From Octopus vulgaris (lineage: Eukaryota): a DNA stretch of 64,000 nt. The stretch is taken from assembly GCA_951406725.2 (NCBI GenBank), contig OX597817.1:6758001-6822000 (forward strand), given 5' to 3'. This document shows, one piece after another, positions 53,410-64,000 of the stretch. Positions within the stretch are counted from its first letter, which is position 1; each line of letters begins with the position of its first letter. The position numbers and the translations under genes were made by a program. The notes under the pieces were generated by a model. It was not told where the DNA came from. It did no database searches and saw only the letters and a program-made list of their open reading frames with translations.

Positions 53410-53410
<1 letters not shown>
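52958..53410 (-). mobile_element. Probable non-LTR retroelement 3' fragment embedded in (TAA)n, family uncertain
   Basis: A discrete higher-GC block with sharp borders between two TTA tracts. On the minus strand it ends ctctctcactc followed by (AAT)n. Confidence 0.4.
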
Positions 53411-53465
<55 letters not shown>

Positions 53466-53499
53466 GTTGTTGTTGTTGTTGTTGTCGAGGACGTCGTTG

Positions 53500-53822
53500 T
53501 TCAGTAGCTTATTTTATATCGTGCTTTCACTTCACTACCGAGCGAAGCTGTGTCCCTTGGGTATGTGCTGTGTTTTATTGTGATGCTCTGATGTATTGAA
53601 AGTGTTTTGCGTAGGATATGGGCAGTGCCCAGTAGTGCATATGTTATATGTGTTTGTAAGTCATTGTGTTTTTGTTATGTATTTGTCTGAATATTTTTTT
53701 ATCATGCCTAATGCACCTACTATGATAGGAATTGTTTCTGTTTTTAGATTCCACATTCTGGTTACCTCTATTTCCAGGTCATTTTTAGATTCTACATTCG
53801 AGTTACCTCTATTTCTAGGTCT
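53500..53822 (-). mobile_element. R4/Dong-type LINE 3' end, same subfamily as 6445-6873
   Basis: Near-identical text (cgtgctttcacttcactaccgagcg...catgcctaatgcacctactatgataggaattg). It is flanked by TTA tracts. Confidence 0.85.
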
Positions 53823-53823
53823 A

Positions 53824-53917
<94 letters not shown>

Positions 53918-54662
53918 GTTGTTGTTGTTGTTGTTATTATTATTATTTTCATATACACTCAACATATTAGACTGCTGGAAGAGAAAAATTAGTAGCCAAG
54001 AACCCTCCTATCCGGACACAGCAATTAACCTTAGATCCCTAAAACAAGTTATCACATAATGTAAATTTTCGGATGCGCAAGTGAAGTTAGTCTTAATTGT
54101 GATTCTATGTCATAAGAAATTGAATTCCGAATCTTCCAGTAGGTTGCAACATTTTCCAAAATTTCGACGTCTGCATTTTCTAACCATTGATTTGGTTGTT
54201 GTTAAGTATAGCATCGCATTTTCTGTAGTCTTTTTTAAAAATTTCAGTTGTTTTTCACACTTGATGAATTTGTTTGTTTGAAGAATGTGGTTCATCTGTA
54301 GGTCCCTAGTGAGCATTGGTTGATTTTGAATTGTATTCTAAGCCTCATTACACCTAAGTTGCCAAGAACGCTCCTATCTACACACACCTAAGGTTATGTG
54401 TAGATAAAGGGTAGAACTTTTAGATGAGCCGTGAGATTTCGTTTTGTTTTCCTTAGTGTTTGATGTCCATTTTCTTGGCACATTTAAATTCTATAATCTA
54501 TAAGCCACGGTGGAGAGTGTCTCTCGGCTAGTGTTGCTTTGAGTTCTCGAAGTCCAAGGTCACGAGTATTTGCACCAGACTCTATTGTGCAAGTCCCTTT
54601 CACTAAATTAAAAGGAAAGTTCTTTTTGATGTGTTTCGGTGACATGAACTAAGCAGAATATA

Positions 54663-55212
<550 letters not shown>

Positions 55213-55215
<3 letters not shown>

Positions 55216-56270
55216 TAGCAGGAAATGGAGAAAACATTCGATCAACAAACGAACAAATAGACCAACATCGGTTAATTATTTTTTGATAAAAAACTTAACA
55301 TCGCTTACGGCCGTTTCGGCTACAAATGCCAGTCGATGCCTGCTAAAAATGTCCGGAAATTATATTCGTCATCTTTATAGCACATGCGAATCTAGTTCAT
55401 GGAGCTTCATGAGAGTGAATTCAAATACATAAAATAAAAGACGTGAAGAGGGAAAAAGAAAGAACATGGCCTCGAGATGAGCCAAGAAGGCTAAATAAAT
55501 TAGAATCATACAATGTTTGCAGTGTGAAGCATGGAATTAATAGGCAAAATAGTAACCTAGCAAATCCTTTAGAAAAATAATTGGTGGGTTATCTCTTTTT
55601 ATAAGGGTATCAGGCTGTAGAAATAATAGTAAAATATAACTAGTGCTCAAGTAAAACAGGAATTGCCAGTAATTCTAGAAAAAGGACAGTATTTGTGATT
55701 TCATAAATAGAGCTAATTAATATTTATCCAAACACATACCCATAAAGTCTTTATAATAGTGTACTTACTGAAATATTCTAGAGACCAACTACCTGTTGTC
55801 CGTAATGGAATTGACCAAATTCCAGCCATCTCTATAATTGGTCAGTTACATTTAAAACCAAGGGCAAATTAAGATCGTTACAGGGGTAGACATAAATAAA
55901 GAAGTAAATAGATAAATATATAAAAGATGTGGGTGAGACGACTATGTCATAAGTGGCACGATGCCGCTTATGCCCCATCCACACCATCTCAACATAAAAT
56001 ATAAAATAAAATTAATACTAGCCATACAATAATAACTTTTTTTACGGTTAAGGGGAAATATAAAGCTAAATCTAACACCTTAAATAGCCAGCATATTTCC
56101 AAATGGTTGTTATACTAGACGACAAAGGGAATTTCTACATGTTCTTGAGGGCATTCCGCATATTAGACAATGGAAGGGGCAAAAGTACAAAACCCCCAAC
56201 ATAATTAAACCATAACAAGTTAAATCACTTGCTAACTACTAACGTGGTTACAAATGCAGGGCCTAATATA
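55213..56270 (-). mobile_element. Probable PLE-derived non-coding segment (pseudo-LTR) carrying a decayed hammerhead
   Basis: It lies between TA tracts and has a hammerhead-like motif at 55302-55417 near its left end, like the 16869 arm. No ORF is present. Confidence 0.4.
55302..55417 (-). ncRNA. Decayed third-family hammerhead (core G5 mutated, ~89-nt stem II region)
   Basis: CACU-CUCAUGA-aGCU...AGCc-GAAAC-GGCC-GUA^AGCG, with palindromic loop III GGCC. Confidence 0.45.
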
Positions 56271-56308
56271 TTTGTGTATATATACATATATACACACGCA
56301 TTATAATA

Positions 56309-56365
<57 letters not shown>

Positions 56366-56367
<2 letters not shown>

Positions 56368-56540
56368 TTTATTTAAAGAAGCAGAAAATTCAACAAAACC
56401 TGTACTCTGAGTTTCCCGTCGCCGTTTATCGGACAGTTTTTGCTAGAAATATGCTTTAAATAAAGCATATTACTCTACTACTGGTATTTGAGTACTCTTT
56501 TTTCCACCTTGTTTCACATTTATGTGTTTACTCCGGTATC
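56366..56540. mobile_element. Miniature PLE-type insertion: decayed fourth-family hammerhead (minus, 56394-56442) joined to an inverted tail
   Basis: Minus strand AAAACUGU-CCGAUAA-aCGgcgaCGg-GAAACUC-a-GAGUA^CAGGUUUU. The inversion point is atatgctttaaataaagcatat. The tail tactctac...gtatttgagtac resembles 20610-20632. Confidence 0.5.
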
Positions 56541-57739
56541 TATATGGGGATGGTTTACGCTTACGTGTGTATCTGTCCATGTTTTAGAAAGCATGGCTAT
56601 GACTAATTTCACAACCGTCTTGTTTTATGAGAGAAACGAGATTTCGGAATACATTTATATGTTTCTTTCGTATCATTGTTCAGAGATTGTGTTACGGAAG
56701 CAAGAGCACTGAATATAATATGCCAGTATCTTGATTTAATTCGGATTAAATTTTGTTTACCTCTATTTAATTAATGAAAAACAAAGAAATCAGTTCTGAA
56801 ATTACATTGATTTTTTATTTAGATTATAAATTTGACCGGCATTTCCTTCCAGTTTCTTCCATCTTGATTTAATGAAATAATAAATAGCATCAAGATGTTG
56901 ATTATTAGGTTTCTTAACTGTATCAAGTTCAATAAAATGCAATATTTTATGTTCAATTCATTTTAATATGCACGAACCATGATCGAATTCACATAGAAAC
57001 ACATGTATGAATAATTATCGGTTTACAAACATACATCCATACACAAACACGCACACACACACATACACACACATATATACACACATGTATATGTATATGA
57101 GTGTGTTTACGTGTTTCTGAGTGTATGCGTATGTGTGTGTGTGTGTGTGTGCGTGTGTTATATATACGTGTAAGGAAAGAAAAGAAAAAACGTAGGAATG
57201 TAATGCTCAACATATTCAGCTGCAGTAAAATCTATTGAAAAACAAATTCACTCGGCTACACGATACTTCAATATTTTTGAGGGTAGGTTTTGCCCACTTC
57301 ATTAGATTTTTGGAAAGAGATTGAAAAAAAAAACATTGAAAGAAATTGAAAAAGCTTTCTATGGGACAGTACTTAGGTTTCCATTGGTCAATTCATGTCA
57401 AGATATATTGTTTGCTCTCATAGCGACTTCATATATTTCACTGTTAGATCCGCCTTGTGGGATTAGCATTTTGTAGTCACCAATTTGCAGCATTTAGCAA
57501 GATGATATATTACTGCAATATCAACTGAAGTGACATATGTGAATGGAATTGTAAACAAAATGTTGTTTTCAGTTGGCTGTTATATTTAGAGAGACTACTA
57601 ATATGATGTTTGAAGTAAATCGACTTGATAGGGTCAACTATATATGTGTTAGTGCCAAAGAAAAAAGCCATATTAAGGTGTAATCCCTACAGGCATCAGG
57701 AGTGATATACGTAAACAGCAAGTCATGAGGTTAGCAGCA

Positions 57740-59700
57740 AAATTTCACATGAAAGGTTTATCTTGGGATCAATAACAATTTCATTGTCCCTTATCACGAA
57801 TAAAACAGGATGGAGGAAAATGTGCAGTATCTCACGGAGGCAGAATTGGCAATTACGATCTCCGCTTGTGTTGAGAGCGATTCAGTCATCTCTTCGCCTT
57901 TGGGATGTTGGGGAAATCGTTGTGAGTACCCGGAGTTTCCAGACGAAGCGGGGTAGAGACGGAGATTCTTCATGCGTAAACCTGAAGGAGTGCATATGTT
58001 GCATACCGCTGAGGCAAAATTCATTGACAGCCATATGCGTGCATTGTATATTGTGACGGGACTGGATGATGTAAAGGTGGGTTTATAGACCAGAGCTTGT
58101 GATAGACAGGATCATTCCAATTAGCAGATGATTGGATTTATGCTGATATAGGTTAGGGTGTATGGTGACGATTGATTGGATTCGTGTTTAGCCGTTTGTA
58201 GCGTTCACTTTTGGAAGCGATATTGTCTAAGTGTGAGTAGTATAACTTGATGATATGGGAAATATAGAGATTGTGATATAAATATGTTCTGGTAAATTAC
58301 TTATTAATTAGCTTCAAGCAATGTTAATGGAGACATCTAGAATAACTGAAGGATCAAAGCTGATTACCTGGTAATTTTAAACGTTTTACGGTCTTGAAGG
58401 AAGGGTAAGAGATCCTAGTTATGAATAAAATTACTGTTAAAAACTGTCCAATCTGCTACATAGTTATAGAAGGGGGAGATCTATCTGTTCCTCAATATAT
58501 TGGAAATTCTATTCTGCTTTTATGACTAGAATTCTAAATCAAGTGGGGTGTTGGAGTATCTATGATTATAAATACTCCCTTGGTTGTGTTTTACATAAAT
58601 ATAGTAGTTGCTTGTCTCGAGATATGACGCGATACCCAGTAAGATGACTTTAAGGTAGTCTTAACAGTTATAGGCGTACCCATTGTTTTGAAGATGTCTA
58701 GGAGATTCTTCTTGCATTCGCTCTTGGTATGACAGAGCATCATCCCTGTACATCTCGGAAATATATAGAGAAGTGTGTAGAATATCCATGATAAATAAAT
58801 CGAAAAGGTGAACACCTTCACATCTCTCAACCAATTCGACGAACACTAAAACATCCCTTTTTACCCTGTAGAAGGCAACATGAAAATTGAGTGATATTCT
58901 AATTTTCATAAAAATTCTGATATCGAAGTCGCTAATTTGGATGAGTGGTTTGCCAATTTTTCGTACATTCTTGAGAAGTAACTTTTATATTGGAGAATAG
59001 AATCCAATATATTCATCCGGGTGATATTCAGGCTGATTTATTCTTCACGAACAGAAAGTAATACATTACTGTTTTGGTGTACTCTCGTTATATCTTGTCT
59101 GTAGAACTTCAAATATCGAGATAAATATAAATAAAATGTGAAAGGAAGTTGGATTTATGCTGCTTATTCTTGATATTGGAAAGCACATGCAATATTCTAT
59201 CTCTACCAGCATGACTACCGCTTCCATCGAGGATTTCTATATCAATGTATTTTTAAGATTGTTGCTATGAATATTTTGTTATAAATTCATTCTATGTGAA
59301 GGAGTTTTATACATTTATAAGTTACACTGTATACATTTTGTGAGTTTGAATATTGTTTCATGAAATCTTTTAAAAAGTTTAGGAAAAGGTTAAAACAATG
59401 CTAAAATCTAACATTTTTTGAGTCATGGTATCAGTTTGTAATTTTCAAGGTCCTTTATTTGTAATGGGAAATTTCGTGATATAAAACCAAATTTATCAGT
59501 GGATCTATTGGCAATCAGATTTTCGAAAAACTAAGCGCATGTCTTTTTGCACGATTCATTTTCTCGCAAAGCCATTTTAAATACATCCTCTTCTTTGTTG
59601 TTCTTGGATGATTCAACGCGTATAGTATTACACGTCACACTATTTTCAAATGCTTATCCTTTGTGTATGGGTTGATCTCGCTAGGGTTTGGAGCATCACT
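57740..59700 (-). mobile_element. Old, heavily decayed Penelope-like element (RT plus GIY-YIG)
   Basis: Minus frames give EMYRDDAL, KKNLLDIFKTMGTPITVKTTLK and RNCQFCLREILHIF, collinear with the PLE proteins at 18.4-19.4 kb and 62.1-63.4 kb. Confidence 0.7.
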
Positions 59701-60268
59701 ATGAATGAGAGAAAAAGGACAGTGTAGCATTCAAAAGCAGTTGCTTAAAGGTACAGGCACTTAATACCATTTTGACCTAACTTCACTTTACTTACAGATT
59801 GCCCGCGCAGTTTCCTTGTACATCTTTAGATAGTCAACGAATTAGTCGAGAACTTTTCTTTTTAACTTTAAAATGCTTTCTAGCTGTGATTATTTAAGCC
59901 TACATTGATCTGTTCAGGTCAAGTGGTTGCATTTGCTATCATTGTGGCATCAGATAATTCACTAGCAAGTCTAATATTCTACAGCATGTGATATTTGAGC
60001 GATATCAACTCTTTGCTCTCGTTACTGCACGAGGTAGTGCATAGAATATATTGGCATAAGTCAGTGGCCGTTAGGAATTGTGTGACTTTTATCATCAATG
60101 ACATTTATCAGGCGGAGAGGTAGTGGATTTGATTGCGACAGGTTGCATATGAATTATCGTGAGCGACATGAGTTATATTAGATTACATTCCACCAGGTAC
60201 AATAACAAAGAAGATTATACGTTTCCCTTCTACTTTATCCGGAAACTCCCGATCTTAGAAACGAAGAG

Positions 60269-61439
60269 TACGAACGTTTGATGAAAGTCCATAGGCTGAC
60301 AAAGACATTCTCATGGAATGAGACCAAATGGGGTTTATTTCTGAACATAATCCCTTTTGGCGTCCACACACGTCCTCCATCCGTTTTACTTTGCATGGAT
60401 CTCATTGGTGGAGAAGCTTTCATGCTGTTGGTCAGAAATATGCGCCAGCAAGAGATATCACGTCATCATCACTGTGACACTGGTTCCCAGCCAAGTGTTT
60501 CTTAATTTTGTGGAACAATTGATAGTCAGATGGGGTCAAATCAGGGAAGTGGATAGGCTGATCAACCGGTTTAAAGACACAGTCACACACAGTAGCCATT
60601 GAAGCCAATGACTTGTAAGCCGTGGCATTCTCCAAATGAAACAAGATCCCTTTTGAAGATAATCACTAATTAGAATGTCTTTTGTATCCCCAATATCGGA
60701 GGCTATCACTTTACCTGCAGATGAAATTAACTTGGTATTCTTTGGAGGAGGTGGAGAGAGGTGTTTCCACGGCATGGATTGACTCTTTGTCTCTGGTTCA
60801 AAGTGATGAGGTCAACACTCATCCTAAGTGAGGAAGCGTTCATGTCTGCCTTAAACAATACGAGATGTGCGGTTTTCCCGTGGTGTGATCAGTCTGGGAA
60901 GAGTTGAAACTTTCGCCATGCCAAATTCAATGTGCCAAATATTCTATAGTCTCTCACCATATATACACATAACATTGGCTATTTGATTTATAATCAATCA
61001 CTTGTCATTCATTACCAAATAGTGAACACGATCCATGTTTTCCCTCGTGGTGGCAGTTGCAGACGTCGATATTTATGTCACCTTGAGGATTCTTCTCTAC
61101 CATCCTTAAGTGAGATACCTACTTTTGCACTATTGATAAAGTTAGAACATCATTTCCTCATGTATTCAACATATCGGCATGAATGTCTTTGGTAGCTAAA
61201 CACTTTACACTTTTTCGGCAGGTACTGCATAATACAGCGATGCCAAATTTTGTCCATCCTCAAGAGAAATCGATACTAGTTACTTTTGAAGTATTCTGTG
61301 AACTTTCATTGGATAAAAATAATGCAATTATTAAGTTATTTATAAGCAGTTATTAATAAAAATAAATTAATGCTTGCAAGTCTTCAAAGCTCTAACATCA
61401 ATGCCTCATGGCCTATGAACTTTTCAGCCCACGCTTGTA
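60269..61439 (-). mobile_element. Decayed mariner transposon with ~30-bp TIRs and TA target duplication
   Basis: HFPDLTPSDYQLF (YSPDLAPSD motif), SAGKVIAS, HHFEPETKSQSM.W. The ends are TAcgaacgtttgatgaaagtccataggc and, reverse-complemented, TAcaagcgtgggctgaaaagttcataggc. Confidence 0.88.
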
Positions 61440-61915
61440 TGTAAATTGAGCATTTCCGTTGTGGATACAATTTACTAAATGCATATGATAAACGAGCTCA
61501 GGTTTCATGATAACGAAAAATAACCTGTATATAATTGTTGCCTCCAAAGGTATGCTCTCTTAATGCCACTGGTAACCCTAATGAACCACCCTATCACTAG
61601 CAGATCCTTCTAAAATTGCAAGAAGACATAATTCCTGTCGACCGTAATTTTTGCACTATAACTGGAAACAATAAATAATGCCCCGTCATTCACCTCGTTT
61701 ACCGCATTACGTGGTAACCGTTGTCTCTGAACTAGCACAATCTATAGAATGACTACTAACAGTGATTATCCTATTGTCTACACTACTTCATGCAGCAACC
61801 AATGCCAAAGTTCTGATGTCTCTGGAGTATCACATTGTGCAGAATGCTTAATATGTGATGACCAAGATCCCGTCTGTACCAACAAAATAATGTCCCTATC
61901 ATATACATATTTTCA

Positions 61916-62117
61916 ATCTTTTAATTGTTTCAGTCATTAGACCGCGGTCATGTGGGAGTACCACATTGAATAACTTTTAGTTGAATGAATCAGCCCCAAT
62001 TTATTTTTTTTTTCATACGTGTAACTTCTATCAATCTCTTTTGAAACACACCAATACTGGTTGTGAAGCGGTCGTGGGAGGGAAGCACAGACAAATAGAC
62101 ACACTTACACACACACA
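61916..62117 (-). mobile_element. Diverged SINE family C tail fragment
   Basis: ttgtttcagtcatt.gaccgcgg.catg...ttctatcaatctcttttg...acaccaatac.ggttgt.aagcg. Confidence 0.6.
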
Positions 62118-63415
62118 CCTATACAGGGATGACTCTTTATTAGTTACTAAAACCATAAAAAAATATTCCTTAGAAAGAACTAGAAAAGATCTGCATAAAT
62201 TCTTCTCTAATCTAAACCTATCTATCAAATTCGAAAACGCTCACGAATCTATTAACTTTCTTGACGCAAATTTAAACTTGTCAACCTCCCAATACTCCCT
62301 TTACCACAAACCTAACCAATATCTTAAATACCTTAACATCCCCTCCAGTCACCAAAAATCCACTTTCGATAACATAATCAAGGTCATCTCAACCTACATA
62401 TCCGACCTCTCTTCATTGAAGAGATGTTCAATAATCACGCACCATATTATAATCAAACACTCGCCGCTGGCGGCTTTTCTCAACCAATAGAATACATTCA
62501 TAACACCAGGCTCAAGAAATACTTATCTTAAGTCACCTCTCAATCGCATCAACCCACACACACACTCAACGATGCAACCCTAGAAGGTCTTACACCTAGG
62601 TAACCTAGCCCACACACACACATTCATTTAACACTAGGTCAAAAACAAAAACAACTAAAACAGCTAACAACAACAGGCTTCGCCACTTACATACCTTCCC
62701 CAAAAGTATAGATAGCACTCCTTTATCTAAAAACTTAGATAGCTCTACTCCCAGACCACCTACAAAAGTGTCGGACGCTCTATTATGTGGTACACACCTC
62801 CATTCTCACTTAACGTTAAGAACTTGGCTAAATCCTTCTTTAGAATACTAGACTCCTACTTCCCCCGACAACACAAATATCATTCTATCTTTAATCGATG
62901 CACCCTGAAACTATCTTATTCTACCTCATCCAACTTCGAATCTATTGTAGCTGACTCTAATAAGCAAAAGTTCTCTCTTTACTATAAAATCTCACATAAC
63001 TACAACTCTAGTAATACGAACACTCAATACACAAACAGCTCCAGCACAGATTCCCTTGCATAAAACCACAACAACAACCCAACCCATCCTACTGACACTG
63101 TCCGGAATACCACCACAATCTCTAACACCCTTACAAATAGTACAATTAATAACAACAATAGTAATAATAGTAATGATGGTAATGATAGCGTTAATAATAC
63201 TAAAATTTGGATTTTCCTAACCCCTTCTATAACCTCTCCTCCGACGATATTACCTCCTCTGTTACTGAACACAGTCCCCAAAATTCACCTAATTGCAATT
63301 GCCGTCATGGAACCATCTGCCTGTTACAAACCCATTGCATAAGATATAATGTAATTTACAAATGCACTGTCCTTTATCTCTTACACAAATCTGCAGCTAT
63401 ATACAGAGGATCATT
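62118..63415 (+). mobile_element. Penelope-like element fragment (RT domains 5-7, thumb, linker, start of GIY-YIG), frameshifted
   Basis: LYRDDSLL...INFLDANLNL...YHKPNQYLKYLNIPSSH, WYTPPFSLNVK..FFRILDSYFP...IFNRCTLKLSYST and NCNCRHGTICLL..HCI..NVIYKCTV. Confidence 0.88.
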
Positions 63416-63485
63416 AATGAGCAAAATAACAGTCGAAACTATGTGAATAAGTCTATTTAGAAACGAGTATTTCAAATTCAGGTGA

Positions 63486-63524
<39 letters not shown>

Positions 63525-63530
63525 GTTCAG

Positions 63531-63662
63531 GTCACTGCTTCGAATAGAAATAGGGGTCAGTAGCCCTGGGGCTCTTAACCACTACGCCACAGGTATATGG
63601 CGTAGTCTTTAGGAACGCGGGCTACTAATCCCAAGATTCCGAGTTCGATTCGAAGCAGTGAC
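63531..63662. repeat. Head-to-head inverted pair of tRNA-like heads (fold-back)
   Basis: The right arm tggcgtagt...gagttcgattcgaagcagtgac has A and B boxes. The left arm is its reverse complement with a deletion, and the outer 15 bp match perfectly. Confidence 0.75.
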
Positions 63663-64000
63663 ATAAGCAACAACAAATATTTTTACAAATATTTACAGTC
63701 CCAGCGATGGATTAGATCTGTAGTCTTCGAATAAGTTTTCAGCAGTATTACATATACCAGGAATTACTATTTCCGACTTTGAAGGAAATGCGTTTGCAAT
63801 CTAGGAACAGGACATATCAGCCAAATACCTGAAGCATAAAAGGCATAAATATACAACAGTGCGCTACATATACCAGGGCCCCAATAATTACAAGTATAAA
63901 CCTGAACTTGTAATCTGGATAGAGTAACTGTAGATTCCGTAATAATTCAACTCAGGCGTTCTCTATTTCACTGATCTTTAGCCTTATGACAACATTCACT

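Noticed and set aside
57600-57760. Hammerhead downstream of the old PLE at 57.7-59.7 kb
   Set aside because: Only CUGAUGC is visible on the minus strand, with no matching GAAA or stems.

Overview
This is AT-rich, microsatellite-dense eukaryotic DNA, intergenic or intronic. I infer a cephalopod (Octopus-like) genome from the repeat landscape; this is not proven. I find no intact host protein-coding gene, rRNA, true tRNA or CRISPR array. Almost every ORF in the track is either a simple-repeat translation or a transposon fragment. The window is a mosaic of decayed mobile DNA: Penelope-like elements (PLEs; RT plus GIY-YIG), R4/Dong-type LINEs sitting in (TAA)n tracts, L1/Tx1-type fragments, RTE fragments, two mariner relics, non-autonomous Helitrons and several tRNA-derived SINE families. 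Three signals stand out. First, a PLE with ~1.25-kb inverted pseudo-LTRs at 16.9-21.0 kb carries three copies of a type I hammerhead ribozyme, and three further unrelated hammerhead families occur at 21.1, 55.3 and 56.4 kb. Second, an ORF1-only Tx1-like retroelement sits inside a SINE tRNA head with a 15-bp target duplication plus an extra target copy at its 5' end, suggesting SINE targeting. Third, the SINEs show concatemers, module swapping and a head-to-head palindrome. All alignments and folds were done by eye, so boundaries of degraded elements are approximate.
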